Source of the DNA: the human T2T-CHM13v2.0 reference genome, Homo sapiens
DNA: 64,000 bases
NCBI RefSeq assembly: GCF_009914755.1
Contig: NC_060925.1
Strand: one strand, 5' to 3'
Below, one piece after another: positions 1 through 14,442 of the stretch. The position numbers and the translations under genes were made by a program. Position 1 is the stretch's first letter. The number at the start of each line of letters is the position of its first letter. Under the pieces are notes generated by a model. It was not told where the DNA came from. It did no database searches and saw only the letters and a program-made list of their open reading frames with translations.

Positions 1-35
1 CTGCCAGCGGCCTACCGGCGCCATCAGCGAGTTGC
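1..35 (-). CDS. C1orf35: C1orf35 (MMTAG2) coding exon 2, truncated by the window edge
   Basis: Minus strand reads CCGCAG|GC AAC TCG CTG ATG GCG CCG GTA GGC CGC TGG CAG = (G)[11 protein letters not shown], in phase with exon 1 across an 84-nt GT-AG intron (36-119). Confidence 0.9.
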
Positions 36-119
36 CTGCGGACGTAGACGCTGTGAGTCCAGCGCCCGCCCGGGATCCCGGAGCCCGGAGCCCGGAGCCC
101 GCCCACCGCGCGCACCCAC

Positions 120-213
120 CCAGGTAGTTCTCCCGCTGCTTGTCAGTCTTCACGTCCTCCCAGTTGAACTGGTCCTGCCCGCCGCGCACGCCTCCACGAC
201 TGGAGCCGAACAT
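120..213 (-). CDS. C1orf35: C1orf35 (MMTAG2) coding exon 1
   Basis: GCC ATG at 213 gives [31 protein letters not shown](G), the conserved MMTAG2 N-terminus; donor G|GTGGGT at 119. Confidence 0.92.
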
Positions 214-500
214 GGCGCCGGGAAGGCAGTTGCCTGGGGCCTGCGGCTTGCAACCTGCAACCCGCAACCCGAGACCCGCTACCCACTACCGTCGGACCCA
301 GGCCCGACCCCGCCTCCGCGTCGCGCGCCGTGACGTCACTCCCGCGCCCACTCGGCTTCGCCGCGCGCCTCTGCGCAGCGCACTGCCCCGGATCTGTGCT
401 CCCGCGCATCACCTCCACGTCGGCTTTGGGCGCCTGCGCACTGCGCCTACCCTGCCGGGCGCGGGAACGCCTCTGAACTGGAAGTTTAAAAATGGTTAAA
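214..500 (-). promoter_or_regulatory. C1orf35 CpG-island promoter/5'UTR
   Basis: CpG-dense; full CRE TGACGTCA at 331-338; NRF1-like TGCGCAGCGCA (~372-382) and GCGCCTGCGCA (~430-440). Confidence 0.75.
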
Positions 501-504
501 ACGG

Positions 505-790
505 GGCCGGGCGGAGTGGCTCTCGCCTGTAATCCCAGCAAGTTGGGAGGCCGAGGCGGGCGGATCGCTTGAGGTCGGGAGTTCGAGACTAGCCTGTCCA
601 ACATGGTGAAACCCGGTCTCTACTCAAATACAAAAATTAGCCGGGTGTGGTGGTGCACACCTGTAATTCCAGCTACTCAGGAGGCTGAAGCAGGAGAATC
701 ACTTGAGCCGGGAGGCAGAGGTTGCAGTGAGCCGAGATCGCGCCACTGCACTCCCGCCTGGGCGACAGAGCGAGACTGTCTCAAAAATAA
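505..790 (+). mobile_element. Alu (AluS-like), full length
   Basis: GGCCGGGCG...CCTGTAATCCCAGC, A-rich linker, right arm, A tail. Confidence 0.92.
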
Positions 791-801
791 GAAGTTAAAA
801 T

Positions 802-945
802 GGGCCAGGCGCGCGCGCGCCCCTGTAGCCCCAACGCTTTGAGGCTGAGGCGGGAGGATCTCGAACCCAGGACTTCGCGCCACTGCACTCCAACCTGAAC
901 GAGTGAGCGGACCCTGTCTCATAAAAAAAGAAAAAAGAAAACACA
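802..945 (+). mobile_element. Alu monomer/deleted Alu fragment
   Basis: GGCCAGGCGCG...GAGGCTGAGGCGGGAGGATC...CCACTGCACTCC...A-rich tail. Confidence 0.75.
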
Positions 946-1119
946 CAAGATGCGCCTAGTTAACACCGCCAATTGGTCACTGCTAGTCGCGATTCCATAT
1001 CGGGAGCTTAACAAGGTAATGACCTTAATGATTTGTGGAATTTCTGAGTATTACCCAGTAAACTTCTGGATGAACCAGCAGCTACCCAGACACCCTCAGA
1101 GCACTGGTCCTATCCCTGC

Positions 1120-1900
1120 CGTGTTAAACTGAATGTGCACCCTAACTCCCATGTGAAATCCTCACCCCAAGGCGTTGGTGCTTCGGAGGTGACTAGGTCA
1201 TGAGGACAGAGCCTTCATAAAAGGGACCCCAAGAGCTTTGTGCAGCTTTCTACTGTGTGAAGGCAGCGGGAAGGAAGTCTGCAGTCTGGAAGAAACCCCT
1301 TACCAGAACCTCAGCGTGCTGGGCACCCTGATTTTGGAGGTTGTGACGTACCCCTGCTTCCCCTTTCCACTTTCATTCCCAGTGCTGACTGAGAAACAGA
1401 GTCCCTTGGCCACTCTGTGACTTCGCCAACTGTATAATTTCCTCTGCAGACTTGAACCCGAGCCATAGCCATGAACGTTCCCAGGCACAGATGACAGTAA
1501 CTAGGTTGTTGCTCAAAACACAGAAAGAAACTGGACTCAGCCTGAGCCAGATTCCTCAAACCCTCATATAAATTCCATTCACCAACCCCCTCCCCCACGG
1601 ACATACCTAGAGAGAACTTCATTTCTCTCACTGCCTATTGCAAGAACTGCTGCAGCCCACTCTGTACAAAAGCCCCACGAATAAATGCTCTGGGCGAATC
1701 ACCCTGGCATGCTCAATCTGTAGAATCCTAACCAGCCCCATCTCAGGATGGTGTGGGGCACTCCCTTGTGGGAACTCTACTGCCACCACTTTTGGGGCAA
1801 TTCCAGCCACAGGTTGAACTGGATGAAATACAGGTCTACTGTCCTGTGGGAAATTTCTGTTTCTTAGTGACCCAGTCCATGGGTCAGGCTGTTAGAGCAG
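1120..1900. mobile_element. Old MaLR (MLT1/MST-like) LTR interrupted by a ~490 bp ERVL-type LTR (MER54/MER74-like) at ~1342-1832
   Basis: MaLR-like segments on both sides (GGCACCCTGATTTTGGA ... AAATTTCTGTTTCTTA); inner element starts TG and carries AATAAA at ~1680; family assignment from memory. Confidence 0.5.
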
Positions 1901-3745
1901 GCTGGCAGACAGCCACACGTCTGGCTCATCTATCTACTTAGCAAGTACTGGCTGCCATCTCCCTCATGAGGCACTGCATGAGCTTTCATCATGGAGCAGG
2001 TGCATGGCGAGGGCAGAGCAGCAGGCCACAGCCAGGCACACAGAAGGTGACTGGCCGACTCCCAGGAAGGCTCCCTGGGGTGTAGGGCATCATCTCCTGG
2101 GTGCCATTGCAGCTTGCCAGGCCAGGGTGGACTTGGGCCATGTGGGCAGGGCCCAGCTGTGGAGTCTGACCACTGACTGGATGTCAGGTGTGGTGGAGAG
2201 GGGATAGCAGGGCCAGGTGGACATTGGGCAGGAGTCCAGGACGGCTCTGAGGCTCTGGTCTGGGCAACTGTGAGGATGAAGCAGCCACCTGTCAACATGA
2301 GGACCAGGTTTGTGGGGAAGACCTGGTCAGTTTTGAGCCCATTAGCCTGACAAGCCGTAGGCCACAGGAGGAGGGGTCACCAGGGTGGAGGTTGCATGGC
2401 CTGTGCCTGCTGGGTGGAGGCCCAGCTGGGGGCACTGGTCACAGTGGTGTCCTCTGTGACAGCAGCGAAGCTGGACCCAGGAGGGTGGCGGTCAGGGAGT
2501 GGAGGGGCAGTGGAGATCCCAGGGGAACCCACTATAGTGGGAGGAGGCTGGGTAGTGGAGGGGGGGGGCCAAGTGAGTGCACAGAGTGGCCGGGCAGCTG
2601 GCTCTATATGCCACAGGGATTGAGCCACAACTTCAGAGACGGGGGCTCCAGGGAGGCTGCTCAGGAAGTAACCCTGCAAGGCAGAGTCCCAGGCAGCCAC
2701 ACAGCCCATCCACGTGAGGTCAGGCACTGCTCGGTCACAAGGACAGGGGCAGGGCCAGAGGACATCCCTTGCAGGCTCTTCTCAGCAGAGCTGAAGGCCA
2801 GCGGGATGAGCAGAGGGCCAGGAACAAGCTTAAGGGGCAAGGGATGGGCCTGCAAGGTGGGGACACTGCCCAGGCTCCTCAGTTATAAGCACTGTCATCA
2901 CAGGGGCATGACAGAACACACTCCCACACCTCCCTGGCAATCCCAGAACACCACTGCAAGAAGTCTTTGTCGGGCACTCCAGGTGTCAGAGAGACAGCCT
3001 GCCAGGTGGGACCCAGTAACATCCCAGGACAGGGACAGGAAGCAGTCTGGGCCCTGAGCTGTCCAAAACCTGGGTTGTTGTGCGTGTGGAAGGTGCCTGC
3101 ACATTAGCTGGAGCTGGTCCTGAGTTAAATCAGCCTCTGGACAGATGAAGCAGGGTCCGTGGATCTCCCTGGGCTGTGTGTAACTGCAGTGCTCTGCAGA
3201 CCCCATTAAGAGTCAAGGACAACCAGGGCTGGCTGCTCCTCTGGGGACCCTCCCAGGGCAGGACCTTCCCTGGGGCAGCCTGGGAATGCAGGGCCAGGGC
3301 AGGGAGCTGCAGGCTGTGGTCCAGATGGTCCTAGGACTGCCCCACCAAGGTTGATGCCTGAGTCCCAGAACACCCAGCCCCTCCTAGGAACCAACCTGAG
3401 GGCCACTGTGCTGTCAGAAGGGCAGTCACCTTGGTGCCCCTGAGGCTGGGAGGGCAGAGCTTAGAGCTTGGTGGTGTTGGGTACTGCCCACATGGTTGTC
3501 CACGTGCACCACAGCCCCAGAGCAGTGTCCAAAACCCACAGGTTTGATCTACACCAACCCTCACCCTGCTAGTCCACTGAGCTCCCTCTGTGCTTGAGCT
3601 GATGCCTTTCAGGGGATGAGCTGCCAGTCTGGGGCACACACCAAGTGGGGAGACAGACACAGACTCCAGGTGGCAGCTTCAAGAACGAGTGATTTAAGAA
3701 CAGCCCTCCCATCTTAGCAATGTCCCGGGGTGGCTGGAGCCACGG

Positions 3746-3955
<210 letters not shown>

Positions 3956-4118
3956 CTACTGGGGGGACAGCCCAAGGCCTTCCTCTCAACTTACGTCTTC
4001 CATCCTATGCTAGCTTAATTTTCAAACATTCTTATTGGTCTCTCCCTTCAAAGCTTTCAATCTTTAAAATAAATTGTTCTGTGTTTTCCCCAGATTTGAT
4101 GTTTTTAAAAACACACAA

Positions 4119-4435
4119 GGCCAGGCATGATGGCTCACTCATACCTGTAATCCCAGTGCTTTGGGAGGCCTAGGTGAGAGGATCGCTTGAGCCCAGGAGT
4201 TCAAGACTAGCCTGGGCAACACAGAGAGACCCCATCTCTACAAAAATATCTTTCAAAAAATTAGTGAGGCATGGTGGTGTGCACCTGCAGTCCCAGCTAC
4301 TTGGGAAGCTGGGGTGGGAGGACCGCATGAGCCCAGGGGGTCAGGGCTGCAGTGAACCGAGATCGTGCCTCTGCACTCCAGCCTGGTTGACAGAGCAAGA
4401 CCCTGTCTCAAAAAAATAAATTTAAAAAATAAAAA
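4119..4435 (+). mobile_element. Alu (AluJ-like) in MRPL55 intron
   Basis: Dimeric Alu with GAGAGGATCGCTTGAGCCCAGG and A tail. Confidence 0.9.
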
Positions 4436-4653
4436 CACACTACTGGTTAGTCCTATCTAATTTTGGTGCTTAGAGTCAGTTTTGGATCTAAGCCTTCCTC
4501 CACTCCTCCAACAACCACCTGCTCCCCTGACTCCTGTCATGTGGTACAGTGACCACAGCCACATGTCCATCCGAAGGCGACTGGTCACCAGCACCCCCAC
4601 CACAGCCTCGACCCCAGCCCGGCACCTGGAAGCACCTGGAGAGGGAAGCTTAC

Positions 4654-4855
4654 CGCCAGCATGCGCCGTGGCTCCCTGTAGCGGATGTGGATGGTGGAGC
4701 CATCCTGCTTCACCAGCAGCACGGGGTAGAGTCGTGCATAAGCCTGGCGGTGCACACGAGTGAGTGAGGCCCTGCTGCTGTCAGCTCGCCAGGAGGATGT
4801 GTGCAGGCGGCGGAGTGCAGGTCCGGTGGCCTTCACGGTGCTCTGCCTCAGCCGG
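4654..4855 (-). CDS. MRPL55: MRPL55 middle coding exon
   Basis: TCTGCAG|C CGG CTG... [67 protein letters not shown]|GTAAGC; 202 nt. Confidence 0.95.
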
Positions 4856-5220
4856 CTGCAGATAAATGTTCAAGCTCTGGTCAGCCGACAGTGCTGCAGC
4901 AGAGTGCCAACATGACTGAGGCTGGCTGTGATTGGGCACTGCCGGGCCACAGGAGACATTACCAGAGCTGGTGACCCGTGCCGGGGCAGGATGAGCCTCG
5001 GGGCTTCCTCAGGAGCCACAGGCTGTGGTCAGAGGCGTTCTGGCCCCCTAGCCAGGAAGAGGCTGCCAGGCTGAGCAAGGGCACAAAGCTTCCAGCACAG
5101 GGGACAGTGGACAATAGCAAGGACTAGGGAGGATTAGAATGGCGGTTTCCTGCTGAAGAGAGGGGTTCCCTGGGGTGGCCCCTGACAGTAATCCCCAGGG
5201 ACCTAAAAGTCCATGCTTAC

Positions 5221-5246
5221 CCAAGCAGGCTGCCCACGGCCGCCAT
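5221..5246 (-). CDS. MRPL55: MRPL55 first coding segment (mitochondrial ribosomal protein L55)
   Basis: ATG GCG GCC GTG GGC AGC CTG CTT GG|GTAAGC = MAAVGSLLG; 26+202+159 nt = 128 aa + stop; exon acceptor is a tandem TAGCAG at 5310-5305. Confidence 0.93.
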
Positions 5247-6089
5247 TCCTCCTTACAGCCCCAGTGGCACGTGGAGGTGGTCAGTACAGGCCCTGGCGTG
5301 CAACCTGCTAGGCAGAGAATGAAGAGATCTTTTTTAAAAGGAAGGTTCTTCCACCTAATGGTTTCTTATCAAATCCCAGCCCAGGATGCTTCCAAGACAC
5401 ATGTAATCACCACGCCACTCACCAACCTCTCCCAGCAACCCTTGGACTTCTCAGAACCGCCTGTAGAGGTTTTTCCAAAAGCAGAAGTTGGTCACTACTC
5501 CCAAAGATTCTGAGTCAGCCTGCGGCAGGGCCCAGGCTGTCTGTTCTGGCCGTTACCGAGTCTGCGAAACCTCTCTGAATGGACTGCAGCCTCAAAAGTG
5601 GAGCTGAGGTCATGCCTTGCTTTCTAAGGTCATTGCTAGTTTTAATAAAAACTCAGTGAAGTGAGGATTGTCATGCTTGCTTAAAGGAGAATGGAGGCCC
5701 AGGGCTGCTTTGCTGTGACCTGGATTCCCATGGGAGTCTGTGCTGAGGTGTGCGAAGTAAAAGCCCAGTTTTCAATACTCAGATTCCAGGAGATGAGGCT
5801 GCACAGAGGCCGAGCGCCCAGCTTCCTCTGGCGTACCCCTGTCTCTCACCAAGGAAGGGACCTGAAGACAGGTCCGGCTGCCTCTAAAATGGAAATCCTG
5901 CTACGTGTCCTATGCCCACATCCCTCTCCCTCGGCCTCACCAGCACAGGAGCCTGGGGCTGGTCCAGGAGGGTCTTCGGGGAAAGCTCCCTCTCCTTTCC
6001 TGCTAGACTGCATGGGGACAAGGGCTTATTACAGGTGCAGCCCCCTGTCCCCTTCCCTGCCTCCCTCCCTCCCGACTCCACCGGGAGGG

Positions 6090-6545
6090 TACAGCGCCTC
6101 CCGCCTCTGTTCCCGGCCCACACGAGGCGCCAACCTGCGGCCGCCACAGTCGCTGCGGAGGGGTCTGAGGACAGGCGGTCCTGACTCCCGCTGCCCGGTG
6201 GAACTAAGACCAGGGACGAGGCCACGCAGGAGATCAAGGTACTCACTGCGTTGGGTGCTGCTGCGCTGCAGCCCACGACGTCACTGGCAGGCGCTGCGTC
6301 GCGCGGTATGACGTGTTCCATGGCAGGGAGAGGCAAGAGTGGGCGGTGAGACACGAAGATATACGCCCCTGTTGGGCGGGGCCGGCGCGGCGTGATGTAA
6401 TCTCGGGGGCGGGACGAAGCCTAGGTGGGCGGGGCCTGCGGGGGCGCTGTGGCGGTACAAGAACCCAGGCGGGGCCGGCGAGCAGGTGACCTCCGTCCCT
6501 ACCGGGAGGACCAGGGCGGGCCGGCGAGGTCGAGGGGGACCCGCG
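6090..6545 (-). promoter_or_regulatory. MRPL55 CpG-island promoter and non-coding exon 1 (donor GCA|GTGAGT at 6246)
   Basis: CpG-rich; several GGGCGG boxes (~6340-6475); CRE-like GACGTCA at 6277-6283; consensus donor on minus strand. Confidence 0.8.
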
Positions 6546-7170
6546 GGTCTGAGGGAGGACGGAGTGGGGGAGTGCTGAGGGAGGACCCGGGGTGGGGAGC
6601 TGAGGGAGGATCCGCAGGGCTGAGGGAGGATCCAGGAGAGCTGATAGAGGTCCCGGAGGGCTGAGGGAGGACCCAGGGGTCCTGAGGGAGGACGCAGGGG
6701 GCTGAGGGAAGACGCAGGGGGGCTGAGGGAGGATCCTCGGAGCTGAAGGGGCATCAGCTGGGCTGAGGGAGGACCCAGGGGGACTGCGGGAGCACCCGGG
6801 CGGGGGCTGAGGGAAGGAGGATCCGCGGGGCTGAGTGGGCACCAGCTGGGCTGAGGGAGGATCCAGGGGGAGCTGCGGAAGGATCTGCGGGGCTGAGAGA
6901 GGATCTAGAAGGGGTGAGAGAGGTCCCAGGAGGCTAAGGGGGGAATCTGCAGAACTGAGGGAGGTCCCAGGGGGCAGTGAGGGAGGATCCATGGGCGCTG
7001 AGGTGGGAATCTAGGGAGGCTGAGGGAGGATCTGTGGGGATGACGGAAGTTCAAGGGGGGCTGAAGAGGCACGCAGCGGGCTGAGGAGGACCTGAGAGGC
7101 TGAAGGAGGATCCGAAAGGCTGATACAGCGGGGCTGAGGGGGGATCCGCGGGGTTGGCGGGGGCTGAGAA
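6545..7170. repeat. Degenerate G-rich minisatellite, ~19-21 bp unit GCTGAGGGAGGA(T/C)CC(A/G)NGGG
   Basis: Roughly 25-30 imperfect copies of CTGAGGGAGGA visible by eye. Confidence 0.9.
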
Positions 7171-7864
7171 ATGACCCTGTAGTTCACAGCAAAATGGAGT
7201 AATTTATGTCACAACGTAACCAAAATGGAGTGGGGAGGGCCCTAAGGAAGCAGCTGTCACGCATTTCTGAAATGCCAGAGAGGCTCGCTATTACCTTGTA
7301 AACAGAGCTTATTCCGGGCATTTCCACTGGCCTGCAGTATTCCAGATGAGATGTTTGGACCAGGGCAGGCAGATAGCATCGCCTATCTGCCTCAGCGAAC
7401 CAGGGTCACTTTGTGCAATGAGTTCATGAGACCAGGGCCTTTGTTTTGTGAAAGTTACAAATAAGGAGTGAAATCACTTTGTCAGGCCCAGACAAACAGG
7501 GCTGGGAAGAACAGGAGGCTCAGGCTTAGTGTCTGAGATAAGAATTATTCGCAAGGACTTTCTAAAAACCCCACAAGAAACCCTTTTGTGTCATTCACGG
7601 GTCTCCTACTTTGACAAAATTTAGACCATCTTTAGGACTGCAGTAATTCAGTTAAGATGCTCGGAATAAACACTTGCCCAGTAATGGCAGCGCCACCAAT
7701 GAACTGAGGACAACTTTGAGCTTTGGCGTTGGGCCCCTGGAACCAATGAACTCTTTCTAAGCAGCTTCTGTGAACCGCTCCCTTTTCGCTGATAAAAGTT
7801 CCCTTTTCACTGATAAAAAGTTCCCTTTACCCTTCCCTCACTGGGAATGCTGGTGGCTTGCTGC
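7165..7864 (+). mobile_element. ERV1 LTR (MER34/MER39-like), 5' part; continues at 18597-18697
   Basis: ...TGGTGGCTTGCTGC is interrupted and resumes after 18596 with TGCATTCTGAATTATAATCC...AGTAAACTC...AGGTTGACA, a MER34/39-type 3' end. Confidence 0.55.
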
Positions 7865-9120
<1,256 letters not shown>

Positions 9121-9122
9121 CT

Positions 9123-9539
9123 TGATAAAAACTTCAGCCGAATTAAATTTAAAGTTTAATTGAGCAATGAATGATTCACGAATCACGCAGCCCCCAGAAT
9201 CACAGCAGATTCACAGAGACTCCAGCACAGCCACGTGGTGGAAGATTCGTAGACAAAAAAAGGTAAATGATGTACAGAAATTGAAAGTAAAGTACAAAAC
9301 AGCTGGATTGGTTTCAGGTTGGTGTTTGCCGTATTTGAACACAGTTTGAACGCTCAGCAGTATATGAATAGTTGAAGTGCAGCCTCTGGGATTGGCCAAG
9401 ACGCAGCTATTGTTACAGTTGCATACTCCTGTTAGGTTTTCAATCTATCTACCTATTAAGCTAGGTTGCAGTTCATCCACAAGGACTCAAATATAAAAAT
9501 ATGAAGTCCTTCTCAGGCCATATTTAGTTTGCTTCAGCA
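9123..9539 (-). repeat. 3' LTR (MER57B-like)
   Basis: TGATAAAAACTTCAGCCGAATTAAATTTAAAG...TATTTAGTTTGCTTCAGCA, colinear with 18170-18592. Confidence 0.85.
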
Positions 9540-11260
9540 ACTACCCTCTTTTGGTCATTTTCTCAATTTTGAGAGATTGACCAAAACTTTAGTTGTTGTC
9601 ACTATCACCATAGTAAATGTACTTATTTGCTCCTGAAATCCAGTGGGAAACAGTAGAACAATGAGTTTTCCAAAGGTAGGAACAAAGACTGAGTAGAGGG
9701 TACCTCTTTATGCTGGAACATCCTGTTTACAGGAGAAAAAACCTGGTCTGTTCTAGGATTTATATGTATCCTTAGTTTGATTATGTCACATTTAGCATGA
9801 GTGACTCCATTTTAGTTTGGTTTGTCCTGTTGGGACCTAGTGCATGAGCTTAGTCCAAAACAATGGCCTCCCATAATTGTGTTTTTTAAAAAATTCCCCC
9901 TTTTTGGTCAGGTTCTTACTTAGGTGAGAGTGTGACCAAAACTTGGGGCCTTAGCACCACTCTCTGTTACCATCATTTTGTGTTTCTGGTGTCAGCACAT
10001 CGTTCATAGGTTATGGTATCCTCATGGTCACATATTTCTTTCAGCTCTTTCATTCCAGTTGAAGAGAGACCATTTGACGTTCTAGAGATAGCTGTGTGCA
10101 ATCATTTAAAATCTTTGAGAGAATACAGTGCACCAGGGAGACTATTATTATGCCTATTGGGAGCATAATACCAAGAGTTTGGAGTATGCTCCTTACCCAG
10201 GGTCCCCATAAACCAAACCACCTAAAATTAAATAGATTAAAGAATGAGTGAGATGAAGGGTCTACTTGCTTGACTAAGTGATCTTTTCATTAATCTTCTA
10301 CAACTGAATTTTTATAATCTACATTTAATGTATTCCTCCATAGGCCACAGCTGCCAGCAGCTGCACAGGTACTTTTCTATTTAACTAATTCTATTATTTA
10401 GCATAACTTTCACAAGAGAATTTAAAGTCTGTTGTGTAACGATAGTCTTTACAGTAGAATCTGCTAGAAAGCCTATTATGAGGGATATATTTCTAGTTAT
10501 TGCCTATTTTATTCTAAACGATGGAAAAAGGACCTAACAAATGATGTCCTTTTAGAAAAGTGAAGGCCCCCTGACAATGTTCTCTTTAACCCATGATGTG
10601 GGTTAAGAGGAGTTTTTACTGATTATGAGGAAATATATGTACAATTAAAGTTTTTCACCTACATTGGGCCTTCGTCTTGTCTTTATCAAAGTATAAGTTT
10701 ATTCATGTATAAGGCTGGCTACAAAATCCTTCACAAATAAAAGTATACCTTATAACTGAACATAATAGAACCCCTTTTCATTTCTATTATTCATAGAGGC
10801 ATAAACAAGGAAAAAAATATTCAAAGATAAGAGTCTCATTATAGAAGCCTTGATCCATGATCATGGGAAAAGCTGTTCACATCAAGGATGCCATCTTCTT
10901 CTGGGAAGAAACTTTCTGGGTTAGTTTTACCTTAAGGATTCCAATGGGTGTACAGTTCCAAGAGTGTAGAGGGACCCCTTTCAGTTGTTTATGAACCCAA
11001 GGTTCAAGGTTCCAAAGTTTTGTTGCAGTGTAGAAGGACAGTCTTTCTCTGATGTTCTCAGAAGAGTCAGTCTTCAGGTTCTGGATTGTGAAGGGGTTGA
11101 TTGTCCTCAGTGAACCATAAAAAGTTTTCTTTATCTGGTGAAAATATACTCTGGCATAATAATTAGCTGTTATAACATAAAACATGCATTGAAAATGACA
11201 GTGGAATGAAATTCATTTATACATGTTTAAATGACCCATCAGGTAGCCAAATGTACCTGA

Positions 11261-11605
<345 letters not shown>

Positions 11606-11608
11606 GTG

Positions 11609-12476
11609 TTTTTTTTTTACAAGAATCATCTGCTTATTTATTTTACAAAGTAATTATTTAAATTGAGTACATTTGGGCACAGTAGATATTGGACATGAAA
11701 AGTATTTGTATCAGAATGGGCATCAGAAAAATAGCAACTCATCTTACACATAATAACTAGAAAATATTATTCTGTCTGATCATTTAAGTGTTACAAATCC
11801 TGAGAATGTTATACACTGAACAAATTAGGTACTACCTTAAAATTAAATCTTGCTTGGAAATAATCCTTTAAAAATGATCTGAGGTACAAATCATCTATGT
11901 ATTAAACGTGAGTCTTTGACATTATACAAAGAGTTTAAACAAATATATAAATTACAGGTCAGTGGCTCTTAAAATAGCTACCAGTCAGGTTCAAGGACAC
12001 ACTGTTCCGCAATTTCCCATAAGCTGGGGTTTTCCATTGCAGCCTCCACTTGCTCTTTGTTGTTTATCTGCATACTTATATCTTCTGTTGAGTGGGTTCC
12101 TTCAGAAATGTAGATTTCCAACTTATGTTTAAATGGTAAACACTGCTGAAGTTTTATTCTTAAGCACAGCCCCATAAGAATCGCCAAATATCAATGAGGT
12201 ACTCTTGGTGTAAACTTGATAATAACCAGATAGTCTTCTTCATTTATCTCCTGAACTTCCATATAACTTTCCGTTACCAATTCCAGTTCTTCTAAAGTAT
12301 TGGGCTTTTCTGGGTCCCAGATAGTTCGAATCAAATCATAAACCTCTAGCACTTTCTCTTCCATGATCCGGGGCTGCCGGGCAGCTCCCCACTCAAAGAG
12401 GCCCGAGAGCCACAGGATTCTGCTCAGTGTCCAGGAAAGCAGCCTCAGCTCTGCCATCCCTGGCAACTGTGGAGGT
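11609..12476 (-). pseudogene. CIAO2AP2: CIAO2A (FAM96A) processed pseudogene
   Basis: ORFs 12191-12466 and 11978-12187 are the two halves of CIAO2A (LLSWTLSR...[12 protein letters not shown]...FTP-VPH / [19 protein letters not shown]...EQCVLEPD) separated by a stop; intronless, with 3'UTR and poly(T) at 11609-11618; TSD ATTGGTTTTA; pseudogene symbol from memory. Confidence 0.9.
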
Positions 12477-12807
12477 ATTGGTTTTAAACAGTTTTCACAA
12501 TTTACAAGTTAACCACATCAGTATATTAAATTTGGGTCATTTTATCTTTTCCATGATGAATCATAAAATCCAGAACCATTAATAACAAAAGCCTTAGAGT
12601 CTCAAGAGGGACAAGGTGGCCATCCTGGTTCTCCATGAGTCCATGCTTAACACTGGACTTATGTCCTCTTGAATACCAGTTGTTTCTCCAATTTATCATA
12701 GGTAATTTGACTCAGACCTTGGAGTTCAAATTGTATATCTAAACAATTTTAGTATTGGCTGGCTTAACATGAAAATCTGGCAAAGTATTTTCTTGGAATT
12801 TCAATAA

Positions 12808-13131
<324 letters not shown>

Positions 13132-13416
13132 TGAGTTAGCAGTTTTATGCAAGGGAATTTGGTTATTTCTGTCGTGTATAATAACAACATAATAACCATA
13201 ATTATGATTGACAATATATATTTAGACATATTAGAATTTTAGAAATCCTATATAATTTTGGAACATATATTATTGTCCACTAAAATACAAACTGAAGATT
13301 ATACATTATTTTTATTTTGACAATGCTTCTATGTAACTTAACATGTTAAATAATTCTGTTTACCTCTCTTTTGGAGGCTTTAGGGGCCCTCTGTAGCATT
13401 CCAAAGTTAGAGGTCA

Positions 13417-14075
<659 letters not shown>

Positions 14076-14148
14076 AGACAGAGAGAAAAGACCATTTTGA
14101 AGATGAAATTTGATTTTTGGAAGACTATTAAATATGTTAAAGGTTTAA

Positions 14149-14442
<294 letters not shown>

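Noticed and set aside
603-946. Many 60-120 aa ORFs with [20 protein letters not shown] motifs throughout the window
   Set aside because: Alu-derived reading frames
2392-3057. 221-aa ORF between C1orf35 and MRPL55 (also 48061-48822 and 43721-44392)
   Set aside because: GC-rich non-coding sequence with no recognisable domain or exon structure
6243-6992. 249-aa Pro/Ser-rich minus-strand ORF
   Set aside because: Translation of the G-rich minisatellite; stop-poor by composition
6545-7170. Repeat arrays here and at 44765-45000 and 49560-49750 as CRISPR-like arrays
   Set aside because: Degenerate tandem units without unique spacers; eukaryotic context; no cas genes
11609-12476. CIAO2A copy near IBA57 as an Fe-S assembly gene cluster
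   Set aside because: It is a disrupted processed pseudogene inside a provirus, so the proximity is most simply chance
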